This document shows positions 46,727-56,579 of a stretch of 64,000 bases of DNA, piece by piece. The stretch is from Bacteroidaceae bacterium (GTDB lineage Bacteria > Bacteroidota > Bacteroidia > Bacteroidales > Bacteroidaceae), in assembly GCA_017522785.1 (NCBI GenBank), contig JAFWYF010000004.1, positions 55,480 to 119,479 on the forward strand, given 5' to 3'. Positions within the stretch are counted from its first letter, which is position 1. Every line of letters starts with the position of its first letter. A program made the position numbers and the translations under genes. The notes under the pieces are model-generated. The model searched no databases, was not told where the DNA came from, and saw only the letters and a list, made by a program, of their open reading frames with translations.

Positions 46727-48511
46727 TTACTTGTTAATAAAAACCTTTTTACCATTCACGATATATATTCCCGACTCCACAACATTGTTTACACGACGGC
46801 CTGCGAGGTCGTAAACAACAGCCGTTTCATCACTTTCTACGTTCACGTCGTAGATACCGGTTGTTCCGGGGAAGCCAATGCGCAATGATGCAGATGAACT
46901 CATTCCCGGAATGCAGAGGTATGCCTTACCTGCTGCAACAGAGAAATCGCTAACCTTTTTACCAAACACCAAAACACCATCCTGCTCAACAAGCACATAG
47001 TATGAGTTATTGTCGTTATAATTTACAGCAACGCGCTCTGCCGTAGGATTACCCACCATGTAGTTTGTTGCAACAGAAGAGGCATCACCACCCACAAAGA
47101 GAGTGTAATCACCTTTTGCGGCTGCAAGCAAGCATCCCTCGCCAGCGGGAATAACACCTGTAATTTCCTCTAAAGAGACGTATGAGTCGTTGGCCGCTGT
47201 AGCAGCATAGGCCTTAACTCCATCGGGGATAATAACATTTTCGGAATGGCAGAATGTCACATAGCCTAAATCGTCGGGTACAGAAACAGAGACACTTGCC
47301 GACTCATTTTTATATATTTTTATATCATTTTGAGCACTCGCATAGCAAGCGAATCTTGGATTTTGTTTATTATATCTTAACCAATTTCGTGTTGTTGTTT
47401 CTTCATCAACCATTGATTTAATTACCGCTATGCCGTCAGTGCCGATTTCTATTGTCCATGATGATTTTGCAGTAATTTCATTTTCTGTTCTTAGATAATT
47501 TTTAGTCGAAGTTGAAGCACAGTATATATATCCTCCGGTGTTAGCGTTAAAAGCATATGAATTCGCGGACAATCCTGATTTTAACGTAAATATTTCCGTA
47601 TCATTACCAAACAGCACTATATTATCCTTTTTTTCAATCTCCGTTTGCTTTCTATAATCCGACTCTTGCGTGGTAGACATTGCACAATTTTCGTCAGCTG
47701 CAACTATTACAATTTTATCACCATACCTCAAATCGTTTATATTTGTAACTAAAGAATAAGATGTTAGTTTTACATAGTTCTTTTCTAAAACACTGCTATA
47801 ATTACCTGCCTTATCTTTTGCCACAGCCCTTACAAGTGTACTTATAGAAATTGATATAGGAGAAACATATTCAACTCCGAACTCTTTAGGGTCACTACCA
47901 TCCAAAGTATATAATATAGTATTGTTATCGACATTAGAAAGTTCCAAATCAAATGGTGCTGAAAAACTTTCTTCTTCGACACTGAATATTGGCAATGACA
48001 CATCTATTGCACCAGCCTTTTTATATGTTATAGTAAGTGATTGACAATACAAAGAATTTTGAGTAGCTTTAATTATAAGATTAAAAACTTCATTGGTCTT
48101 AACTTCATAATTATCATCTTCTAAAGTTAAAACTTTATCGACATATGATGTTGTATAAGCACCATTCCAAACATTATTAGAAAATGGAGCATTATCAATA
48201 GAAGCAATGACTGTATTACCAACTGTTGCCGAAAGTGAACCAGCTCCTGCAGATTTATTGGATTTCATACTTAATTTTATGCCAGTTATTATATATCCAT
48301 CCAAACCACTTATTGTGTATGTTACAGAGTTATCCTTAGTCATCTGGCACTTGGTTCCAAAAGTCTGAGAATAAGATACAGAAATACCTGTTGGTAAGTC
48401 TCCGGTTGTTGAAACAGAACTTTTATCTAAGACTTCACATTTAAATTCCTCAGCATGCACACCAAAGATGATTACCAATGATAAGAGACAAGAAAATAAA
48501 AATCTTTTCAT
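46727..48511 (-). CDS. secreted protein with chitobiase/hexosaminidase-C-like (Fn3-associated) segment and T9SS C-terminal sorting domain
   Basis: Signal peptide ends HA-EEF. NNTILYTLDGSDPKEFGVEY resembles the CHB_HEX_C-type motif. The C-terminus VVYDLAGRRVNNVVESGIYIVNGKKVFINK is a T9SS sorting-domain pattern. Confidence 0.8.
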   Translation of the reverse strand: MKRFLFSCLLSLVIIFGVHAEEFKCEVLDKSSVSTTGDLPTGISVSYSQTFGTKCQMTKDNSVTYTISGLDGYIITGIKLSMKSNKSAGAGSLSATVGNTVIASIDNAPFSNNVWNGAYTTSYVDKVLTLEDDNYEVKTNEVFNLIIKATQNSLYCQSLTITYKKAGAIDVSLPIFSVEEESFSAPFDLELSNVDNNTILYTLDGSDPKEFGVEYVSPISISISTLVRAVAKDKAGNYSSVLEKNYVKLTSYSLVTNINDLRYGDKIVIVAADENCAMSTTQESDYRKQTEIEKKDNIVLFGNDTEIFTLKSGLSANSYAFNANTGGYIYCASTSTKNYLRTENEITAKSSWTIEIGTDGIAVIKSMVDEETTTRNWLRYNKQNPRFACYASAQNDIKIYKNESASVSVSVPDDLGYVTFCHSENVIIPDGVKAYAATAANDSYVSLEEITGVIPAGEGCLLAAAKGDYTLFVGGDASSVATNYMVGNPTAERVAVNYNDNNSYYVLVEQDGVLVFGKKVSDFSVAAGKAYLCIPGMSSSASLRIGFPGTTGIYDVNVESDETAVVYDLAGRRVNNVVESGIYIVNGKKVFINK

Positions 48512-48596
48512 AGTAAATTATATTTATGTTTGTATTAAAATTCACGCAAAATTGCCTTCCGACAGGATGCAGAGCTACATAGTAGATTGCTGGCTA

Positions 48597-48604
48597 CAAA
48601 GGTA
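48597..48604 (-). promoter_or_regulatory. candidate -7 element TACCTTTG upstream of the T9SS cargo gene
   Basis: Exact TAnnTTTG on the minus strand 86 nt upstream of the start at 48511. Confidence 0.35.
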
Positions 48605-48684
48605 CAAAAATTAACCGACAAAACCATTAATTATATATTAAATAAAAAATGGACTATAATTGCTTACAATCCATTCTAAACATT

Positions 48685-49266
48685 TTAAACATATCCCTGT
48701 TTTATTAGTTCATCGGCAACAACAAGCAGTTCGTCGTACCACTCTTTGCCAAACCGTTCTATAAGCGGTTCCCGCAGAAATTGATAAGCACGTATTCCTT
48801 TTCGTCGACCTGCCACTTGTGCCGAACGACATACATCCCATTTATGAAAGTTTACGGCTGTCATATCGCCCACTTTACTCAAACGGACCGGATAGAGATA
48901 GCACGATATTGGTTTGCGCCAATTTGTACGTCCTTCGTTATACGCCTTTTCTATGAGACAGATGCAACACCCCTTGTCGTCGTGCGATGCAAAGACACAA
49001 TCTTTTCCATTTACGATGGATGTTACCAAGTCGCCATCGCGGTCGTTATAAACAACGCCCTGCTCGGCCACTACGGCACGTGCCTGTGGCGTCATCTCAT
49101 TCTCGACAATTTCGAATGCCTCTTCGAGCTTTTCTACCTCGTCGATGGCAACAGGTGCACCTGCATCACCCTCGACACAGCAAATTCCTTTGCAATGCGA
49201 GGGTGTACAACAGAAATATTCTTGAAATATAGCAAACGACACAATTGTATCGCCAATCTGCACCAT
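48685..49266 (-). CDS. DUF3109 family Cys-rich protein
   Basis: 193 aa. The N-terminus IGDTIVSFAIFQEYFCCTPSHCKGICCVEGDAGAPV matches my memory of the DUF3109 pattern. It lies 21 nt downstream of gpmI. Confidence 0.7.
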   Translation of the reverse strand: MVQIGDTIVSFAIFQEYFCCTPSHCKGICCVEGDAGAPVAIDEVEKLEEAFEIVENEMTPQARAVVAEQGVVYNDRDGDLVTSIVNGKDCVFASHDDKGCCICLIEKAYNEGRTNWRKPISCYLYPVRLSKVGDMTAVNFHKWDVCRSAQVAGRRKGIRAYQFLREPLIERFGKEWYDELLVVADELIKQGYV

Positions 49267-49287
49267 AATTTTGTCAATTATTTGTTA

Positions 49288-50787
49288 TCAGATGAGGCAG
49301 TTACCTGTCATATCAGCCGGTGCCTCCAAGCCCATTATCTTTAGAATGGTAGGAGCAACGTCGGCAAGAATACCATCTTTTATTGATGCATTCTTGTTCT
49401 CTGTTACATATACACAGGGAACAGGGTTCAATGAGTGTGCTGTATTGGGAGAGCCATCACTATTAACCGCATTGTCGGCATTTCCGTGGTCGGCAATAAT
49501 AATTGCCTCATAGCCATGAGCCTTTGCAGCCTCAATAACATCTTTAACGCATGCATCGACAGCTGTAACAGCTTTCTCTATTGCGCTGTACACTCCGGTG
49601 TGTCCAACCATGTCGCCATTTGCAAAGTTCACCACAATAAATTCATATTTCTCGGAATTTATTTCGGCAACCAATTTATCTTTTACCTCGTAGGCGCTCA
49701 TTTCGGGTTGCAAATCGTAGGTTGCAACTTTGGGAGAGGGAACAAGGATGCGCTCCTCGCCTTCGTAAGGAGCCTCACGACCACCGTTAAAGAAGAATGT
49801 TACGTGAGCATACTTCTCTGTTTCGGCAATGTGCAACTGTTTCATGCCCTGTTTTGAAACATACTCGCCAAGTGTATTCTCGACATTCTCTTTGTCGAAA
49901 AGAATGTGTACTCCTGTGAATTTTGCATCATAGGGTGTCATACAGTAATACTGCAGACCGGGAATTGTATGCATTCCTGCATCGGGCATATCCTCTTGTG
50001 TAAGCACCACTGTAAGCTCTTTTGCACGGTCGTTACGATAGTTGAAGAAGATTACAGCATCGCCCTCGCCTATGCGTCCGTCGAGTGTACTGTTCACAAT
50101 TGGTTTAACGAACTCATCGGTAACTCCATCGGCATAAGATTCCTCCATTGCCTGTACCATGTCGGTTGCAGGTTTACCCTCGCCATTAACCAACAAGTCG
50201 TATGCTATTTTCACACGTTCCCAACGTTTGTCGCGGTCCATTGCATAGTAGCGACCCACTATTGTAGCAAGATTCATACCTTGCTCTGTCAGTTGCTTTA
50301 TGAAGCCTGCACCACTCTTTGGGTCGGTATCGCGACCATCCATGAAACAGTGTACAAAGACCTCTTTTACACCTTCGTCTACAGCCATTTTATACATTGC
50401 CTCGAGATGTTCCAAAGAGCTGTGAACACCACCATCGGATGTTAATCCCATGAAATGGAGCTTTTTGCCGTTTGATTTTGCATACTCTATTGCTGAAACC
50501 AGCTCGGGGTTCTTGCGAATAGAGCCGTCGGCAATGGCGCGATTAATTTTTAAGAGGTCCTGATATACAACTCGACCACCACCGATGTTCAAGTGTCCAA
50601 CCTCGCTATTACCCATTTGTCCTGCAGGCAAACCTACATTCTCGCCACTTGCCTGAAGTTGCGAATTAGGATAGTTGTTTACCAGATAATCCCAATAGGG
50701 AGTAGGAGTATTAAAAATGACATCGCCTTTTCCATGGTTGCCAATACCCCAACCATCTAAAATAACTAAAAGTGCTTTCTTGCTCAT
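49288..50787 (-). CDS. gpmI: 2,3-bisphosphoglycerate-independent phosphoglycerate mutase
   Basis: [29 protein letters not shown]; full-length iPGM pattern. Confidence 0.95.
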   Translation of the reverse strand: MSKKALLVILDGWGIGNHGKGDVIFNTPTPYWDYLVNNYPNSQLQASGENVGLPAGQMGNSEVGHLNIGGGRVVYQDLLKINRAIADGSIRKNPELVSAIEYAKSNGKKLHFMGLTSDGGVHSSLEHLEAMYKMAVDEGVKEVFVHCFMDGRDTDPKSGAGFIKQLTEQGMNLATIVGRYYAMDRDKRWERVKIAYDLLVNGEGKPATDMVQAMEESYADGVTDEFVKPIVNSTLDGRIGEGDAVIFFNYRNDRAKELTVVLTQEDMPDAGMHTIPGLQYYCMTPYDAKFTGVHILFDKENVENTLGEYVSKQGMKQLHIAETEKYAHVTFFFNGGREAPYEGEERILVPSPKVATYDLQPEMSAYEVKDKLVAEINSEKYEFIVVNFANGDMVGHTGVYSAIEKAVTAVDACVKDVIEAAKAHGYEAIIIADHGNADNAVNSDGSPNTAHSLNPVPCVYVTENKNASIKDGILADVAPTILKIMGLEAPADMTGNCLI

Positions 50788-50832
50788 AATGTATTTTATT
50801 TAAAATGTTTTTACGTTATACCTAAATCTCTG

Positions 50833-50840
50833 CGAAGATA
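50833..50840 (-). promoter_or_regulatory. candidate -7 element TATCTTCG upstream of gpmI
   Basis: Minus-strand AGTTATCTTCGCAGAG 46 nt upstream of the start. It forms an inverted pair with the site at 50991. Confidence 0.45.
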
Positions 50841-50990
50841 ACTCAAATATTTCAGAAACTACTTGTGCTTTAGCAAGAAACTGTTCTAAAATTCCTAAAA
50901 TTTAGTTATACAACAATATCAATTAGTTTAATTTATACTAACAATGAGATAATTTTTGTAAATTCCGCTTATAACCTCTTAAAAAAAGAG

Positions 50991-50998
50991 TATCTTCG
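50991..50998 (+). promoter_or_regulatory. candidate -7 element TATCTTCG upstream of the NUDIX gene
   Basis: GAGTATCTTCGCAGAT ends 24 nt before ATG 51023. Confidence 0.45.
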
Positions 50999-51022
50999 CA
51001 GATTGAAATTCAAAGCACAAAA

Positions 51023-51559
51023 ATGGAGCACCCTTTACGTCTATTCAAATATTGCCCAAAATGTGGGAGCAATAAATTTGTAATCAATGATTTTAAATCG
51101 AAGCGTTGTGAGGATTGCGGTTTTGTATTCTATTTTAATGCCTCAGCCGCAAATGTTGCCATTATTGTGAACAACAAAAACGAACTGCTCGTGGCACGAC
51201 GTGCCAAAGAGCCGGCTAAAGGCACACTCGACCTGCCCGGAGGCTTTGCCGACTGCGGAGAGACGGTGGAAGAGGGTGTTGCACGCGAGGTTATGGAGGA
51301 GACCGGTTTGCATGTTACTGCAACAAAATATCTCTTTTCCTTGCCAAATGTGTACATTTATTCGGGATTCGAGGTGCATACTCTCGACATGTTCTTTTTG
51401 TGCGAAATAGAAAATATGAATTTCATACAGCCCAACGATGATGTAGAGCAGTTGCAATGGATTCCCATTGAAGAGATAGACCCGAGCGAGTTCGGATTAC
51501 AGTCGATAGGCAAGGGAGTGAAAAAGTTTATTAATGAGTTTGTAGAAAAAAGAAAATAG
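51023..51559 (+). CDS. NUDIX hydrolase with N-terminal zinc ribbon
   Basis: CPKCGS ... CEDCGF zinc ribbon, and the Nudix box GGFADCGETVEEGVAREVMEETGL. Confidence 0.85.
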   Translation: MEHPLRLFKYCPKCGSNKFVINDFKSKRCEDCGFVFYFNASAANVAIIVNNKNELLVARRAKEPAKGTLDLPGGFADCGETVEEGVAREVMEETGLHVTATKYLFSLPNVYIYSGFEVHTLDMFFLCEIENMNFIQPNDDVEQLQWIPIEEIDPSEFGLQSIGKGVKKFINEFVEKRK

Positions 51560-54500
51560 ATGAAAAGAATTATTGGTATCATGTTTGCTATCTCGCTTGC
51601 ACTTACCATGCAAGCACAGAACAATGTTTTTTCCGATAGCAAAGAGTGGTTGTTTAAAGAGGGACGTCGCCTATATGCCGACAAGGAGTATGCAACAGCA
51701 CTAACCCTGATTAACCGTCTGCCGAGAAACGAATTCTCGCCAATAGAACGTCAGGAACTAGACTATATGCGTGCTATATCTACATTTGAGACCAACTCAC
51801 TCGAAGGACGTGCATTAATGTTACAATATCTCGACGATTACCCACAAAGTGGCAAGAGAGAGATTTTAGCCATACACATAGCCGAATCCTATTACTTTGA
51901 GCACAACTTTGCACAAGCAAAAAAATGGTTCACCGGTGCCAACTTCGACCGTCTTTCGGCAAAAGAGCGCAACAGAGCTACACTATATTATGCACTCACA
52001 TTGCAGGAACTTAACGAGGGAGAAGTTGCAAAGAGCCTATTAAACAGTTTGCGCTTTACCAGCAAAGAGTATAGTAGCGATGCCATATTCCACTTGGCTG
52101 TGATAGACTATGACAACAACGATTTACAACCTGCATACAATGGGTTTAAATCGATTGAATTTGACGACAAGTATCACCTTGAGATACCCTACTATTTAGC
52201 GGCAATATATCTAAAAAACGGTGAGTATGTACGTGCCGAAAAGGTTGCCGATGCCTTTTTAAAAGACAACAGCAATACCAGACAAGGAGCTGCCATGCAA
52301 CAAATCCTTGGTGCTTCCTATTTTGGGCAAAAACGCTATTCCGAGGCAATAGAGCCACTAAAGTTATATATTTCGAAAAACACTGCCCCACAACGTATTG
52401 CATACTATCAATTGGCTTTGAGCTACTTTGAAACAGGACACTACCAAGATGCCATACCACTATTTGACAAATGTACAGACAGTAACGATGCCATAGCCCA
52501 GAACGCATACCTGCACATTGGCATCATACAGTTAAAACTAAATGACATAACAAAAGCACGTTTAGCATTTGAACAGGCCGCATCTATGAATGGCGACAGC
52601 CGAATACGCGAAGAGGCCCTATACAACTACGCGCTTTGCATACATCAGACACGCTATTCCCCTTTTGCCGAGAGTGTAAAGGTTTTTGAGCAATTTTTGA
52701 ATGAGTATCCAAAATCGAAGCACACTGCACAAGTAAACAGCTATCTTGTTGAGGTGTATATGAATACACGCAACTACGATGTTGCATTACAATCGATAGA
52801 AAAAATCGAACGACCCTCAAAAGCTATTTTGGAAGCAAAACAGAAAGTGCTGTATCGTTTAGGAGTACAATCGTTCATAGACAATGACATGCCACAAGCC
52901 ATTGAGTACATGAACCGTTCTCTTGAACTATCGAAATATAACAAAGAGACACACTCCGATGCTCTCTATTGGCGAGGCGAGGCAAACTATCGTCTAAACA
53001 AATATAATGCAGCCGACAGAGATTATCAGGCGACACTTTCGCTATCGCCACGCAACGCATCTAATGCCATGTACGGCCTTGCATACACCTATTTCCAGCG
53101 TAACAGATACAACGATGCCATAAACAGTTTTAATCGTTTCTTGCAAAATTCCGATGCAAGAAATGCAAAATCGATGCGTGCCGATGCATACAACCGTCTT
53201 GGCGACTGTAATTTCTATAATCGAAATTATGTAGCGGCAGAGCAATATTACCGTAAAGCGACTGAAACGGACAAAAAGCATAGCGACTATGCTCTCTATC
53301 GTTCGGGAATAGCACAGGGCTTGACAAAGAACTACGAAGGGAAAATTGAGACATTGCAAAAACTGATAAATGAACACCCCAAAAGCGTTTATGCCGAACA
53401 GGCATACTACGAACTTGGACGTTCCTATGTCTCTTTGGAGAACTACGAACGTGCAGTAGAGGTTTTCACACAGTTCACCAAACGCTATCCAAAGAGCAAA
53501 ATATCGCGTCGTGCTGTTGCCGAAATTGCCATGATTCACAATCAAAACGGAGAACACGAAAAAGCCATTGTCGCATATAAGCAGATTATTCGCGACTATC
53601 CACAGAGTGAAGAGGCACAGATTGCTGCACAGGATTTGAAAAATATTTATGTAGAAAACGGAAAAGTTGATGAATATGCAACATACGCGGCATCGACTCC
53701 CGGCCTAAAAGCGATGGAGAGTAGCGAACGTGATACGCTCACCTACCTTGCCGCCGAGAAGATTTATGGTAAAGGCAACATGGGCGAAGCAAAAAAAGAG
53801 TTCGAGAAATATCTTAGAAATTTCCCCGAAGGCTCATTTGCCATAAACAGCCACTACTATTGCGGACTTATTTACTACAACCAACAAGCTCCAAAAGATG
53901 CACTTGCACACCTCGAAAAAGTTATTGCCTTCCCTGATAATAAATATAGCGAAGAGGCAATAGCGTTAGCATCGGAACTCTATTACAAAGAGGGAGCATA
54001 TGATAAGGCCTATGAGTTATTCAAACAACTGTCGGAAAAGAGCGATAATGAAGAGCGTCGTAAAGCATGCCTAATGAACATGACACGCTGTGCATATATG
54101 CTTGGCGACAGCGATAATGCTGTTGCTGTAGCCGGCGAGATACTGAAAAATGGGAATATTTCTCCGGAATGGGAGCGTGAAGCGCTATATATTCGTGCAA
54201 AATCACTGATACAAAAGGAGATGAGCGACGTTGCAAGTTCCGATTTAAAGAAGCTTGCAGATGACACACGTAGCAAACAAGGTGCAGAAGCAAAATATTT
54301 GTTGGCACAATACTATTACGACAGCAAACAATATGACAACTGCGAGAAAGAGATATTGAGCTACATAGAGGCAAGCACACCACACTCCTATTGGTTGGCA
54401 CGTAGCTTTGTACTATTAGCCGATTTATATATTACACAAGAACGCAGCATGGAAGCTAAACAATATCTGCTATCGTTACAGAACAATTACACAGGCGATG

Positions 54501-54565
54501 ACGATATTGCAGAACTTATAAAACAACGACTGGAATCCATAGCAAAGTTGGAAAGTAGCAATTAA
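51560..54565 (+). CDS. exported tetratricopeptide-repeat protein (1001 aa)
   Basis: Signal peptide ends QA-QNN. Reiterated TPR-like A..Y/F..A units run throughout. Its ATG directly abuts the NUDIX stop. Confidence 0.85.
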   Translation: MKRIIGIMFAISLALTMQAQNNVFSDSKEWLFKEGRRLYADKEYATALTLINRLPRNEFSPIERQELDYMRAISTFETNSLEGRALMLQYLDDYPQSGKREILAIHIAESYYFEHNFAQAKKWFTGANFDRLSAKERNRATLYYALTLQELNEGEVAKSLLNSLRFTSKEYSSDAIFHLAVIDYDNNDLQPAYNGFKSIEFDDKYHLEIPYYLAAIYLKNGEYVRAEKVADAFLKDNSNTRQGAAMQQILGASYFGQKRYSEAIEPLKLYISKNTAPQRIAYYQLALSYFETGHYQDAIPLFDKCTDSNDAIAQNAYLHIGIIQLKLNDITKARLAFEQAASMNGDSRIREEALYNYALCIHQTRYSPFAESVKVFEQFLNEYPKSKHTAQVNSYLVEVYMNTRNYDVALQSIEKIERPSKAILEAKQKVLYRLGVQSFIDNDMPQAIEYMNRSLELSKYNKETHSDALYWRGEANYRLNKYNAADRDYQATLSLSPRNASNAMYGLAYTYFQRNRYNDAINSFNRFLQNSDARNAKSMRADAYNRLGDCNFYNRNYVAAEQYYRKATETDKKHSDYALYRSGIAQGLTKNYEGKIETLQKLINEHPKSVYAEQAYYELGRSYVSLENYERAVEVFTQFTKRYPKSKISRRAVAEIAMIHNQNGEHEKAIVAYKQIIRDYPQSEEAQIAAQDLKNIYVENGKVDEYATYAASTPGLKAMESSERDTLTYLAAEKIYGKGNMGEAKKEFEKYLRNFPEGSFAINSHYYCGLIYYNQQAPKDALAHLEKVIAFPDNKYSEEAIALASELYYKEGAYDKAYELFKQLSEKSDNEERRKACLMNMTRCAYMLGDSDNAVAVAGEILKNGNISPEWEREALYIRAKSLIQKEMSDVASSDLKKLADDTRSKQGAEAKYLLAQYYYDSKQYDNCEKEILSYIEASTPHSYWLARSFVLLADLYITQERSMEAKQYLLSLQNNYTGDDDIAELIKQRLESIAKLESSN

Positions 54566-54595
54566 CAGTAAAAAAAATAAAGAACCATTATATTT

Positions 54596-56263
54596 ATGAA
54601 AAAAGAGATTATTTTAATAGCTACGTTGCTATTCTCTATAGGCAGTTATGCACAAAAAGATTCACTGAATGCAGTAATTCAGGTAGAGAACGATTACAAT
54701 CCTGTGGTGATAAAAGCAAACAAGCAGAGTTTTACTCCACAAATAGAGATGACAAAGAACAACAATCCATTGGAGTTGGTATTCTCGCAGGAGGCTACAC
54801 CGTACAGAAGATTTACAAGTGAGCGCAATGTTAAAGAGTTGCTTCCGAAACAGGATATTGCCACACCCGGTTACTTGCGTCTGGGATATGGAAATAATAA
54901 CAATGTAGATGCACTACTTGGATATCGTTTGGATATAAGCAAAAATGATAGGATTAATATTTTTGCATCGATGAACGGATTCAACACCGAACTCGAAGGC
55001 TTTTGGAACAATTGGGATTCACGCATGTACGACACATGGCTAACCACTGATTACACACATCAGTTTGAGGCCCTTTCGTTTGGTATAGAAACCGGTATTA
55101 ACAACAAGGTTTTCAACTATCAAACCATCAACCTTGGGAATTTACGTGAGGGTTACACCGATAAACAGCACAGCAATAGTTTCAATTTGATGTTCAATGT
55201 AAAGTCGAACCTTGCAGGACCATTCTCATATAGTGCAAAAGCCGGATACAGATATAATACACGTAAATATTCAGCCGGATTAAAGGAGCGTATAAGCGAA
55301 AACCACATTATTGCAAGTGGAAGTGTTGCCTATGAGCTTCCAAACGATGATATTCAAAAATTGGGCATGAATGTAGACCTTGATGGATTTATATATAGCG
55401 ATGAGCTAAAGCCACAGGAGGGAACAAGTTTCGAGGATTATGCATCTATTAGATTTAATCCCTTCATGAACTTTCGTTTCGATGACTGGAAAATTAGACT
55501 TGGCGTGCATGCCGACATGCTTACAGCAAACGGAACATTCTTTGCCTTTGCTCCCGATTGTAGTATAGAGGGCAGTATAACCGACAGAATTGACCTTTAT
55601 GCTACAGCTACAGGCGGACGCACTTTAAACACCTTTGCAACAATGGAAGAGGCTACACCCTATTGGGAGTATGTTCCCGGAATAACCCAACAGCACACAG
55701 CGACATATAAGATTTTCGATGTGTCGGTTGGAGGACGTATAGCCATTGAGCCATTATCGGTGAACTTATTTACAGGATATGCATATACAAAAGACGACCT
55801 ACTATGCACCAATGAGATTTTCAGAGACCACCAGACAAATGTTTTCAAACAAGAGAACACACGCAATATGTATATTGGCGGACAAATCGGATACGATTAT
55901 GGTGGTTGGTTTGAATTTGCAGCCGATGCACGTTACGACTATTGGAAAAGTAGCGGAGAAGAGTATCATCTACTATACAAGCCCGAAATTACTATTAACC
56001 TGAATGGTAAAGCACAAATTTATAAAGGGTTATGTGCAAATTTGGGATATACCTTTACACGTTACACCAAAAGCAGCGAGGAACCTATAAAAGGACGCAT
56101 AGCAAACAAAAGCAACTTACATGCAAAAATAGGCTACACATTCTTGGACAGATTTGAGGCTTTTGTTTTAGGAGACAACCTGCTTAATTATGACTATCAA
56201 ATATATCCGGGATATTTTGCACAAGGTATAAACTTTTTAATTGGAGCAACTGTTAGTTTCTAG
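54596..56263 (+). CDS. putative outer membrane beta-barrel protein
   Basis: Signal peptide ends YA-QKD. Alternating hydrophobic beta-strand pattern rich in aromatic residues, and a terminal ...IGATVSF ending in Phe. Confidence 0.6.
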   Translation: MKKEIILIATLLFSIGSYAQKDSLNAVIQVENDYNPVVIKANKQSFTPQIEMTKNNNPLELVFSQEATPYRRFTSERNVKELLPKQDIATPGYLRLGYGNNNNVDALLGYRLDISKNDRINIFASMNGFNTELEGFWNNWDSRMYDTWLTTDYTHQFEALSFGIETGINNKVFNYQTINLGNLREGYTDKQHSNSFNLMFNVKSNLAGPFSYSAKAGYRYNTRKYSAGLKERISENHIIASGSVAYELPNDDIQKLGMNVDLDGFIYSDELKPQEGTSFEDYASIRFNPFMNFRFDDWKIRLGVHADMLTANGTFFAFAPDCSIEGSITDRIDLYATATGGRTLNTFATMEEATPYWEYVPGITQQHTATYKIFDVSVGGRIAIEPLSVNLFTGYAYTKDDLLCTNEIFRDHQTNVFKQENTRNMYIGGQIGYDYGGWFEFAADARYDYWKSSGEEYHLLYKPEITINLNGKAQIYKGLCANLGYTFTRYTKSSEEPIKGRIANKSNLHAKIGYTFLDRFEAFVLGDNLLNYDYQIYPGYFAQGINFLIGATVSF

Positions 56264-56384
56264 TATTATTCCGTAGAGAAAAAATTTACACCTAAATAAA
56301 ATAATATATTATTTTAAGGTACAAAATGCAATTTTCGGCTCTTATTTTTTTGAGAAAAGAGGCTTGATATACCGGAAACTTTAA

Positions 56385-56392
56385 TACTTTTG
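56385..56392 (+). promoter_or_regulatory. candidate -7 element TACTTTTG upstream of topA
   Basis: Exact TAnnTTTG, which implies a leader of about 180 nt. Confidence 0.4.
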
Positions 56393-56579
56393 CACCGAAA
56401 TTTAGAAAAAAGGCCTAGAGGCTGTTTGAATTTCTTTGGAATAAGTTAATTATATTGCTCGTAAGTGTTGTGCTTGCTTTTTCAAGGAGATAAATTCAAA
56501 CAACTTCTTAATATTGTGAGTAAATTTTTACCACATTTTTTACACTTATTTGCAAGAGAGCAAAAAGAGACCACGCATT

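Noticed and set aside
51560-54565. Calling the 1001-aa TPR protein PorW/SprE (a T9SS component).
   Set aside because: There is no lipoprotein Cys after the signal peptide and no specific sequence block I can tie to PorW/SprE. Only a generic TPR call is justified.
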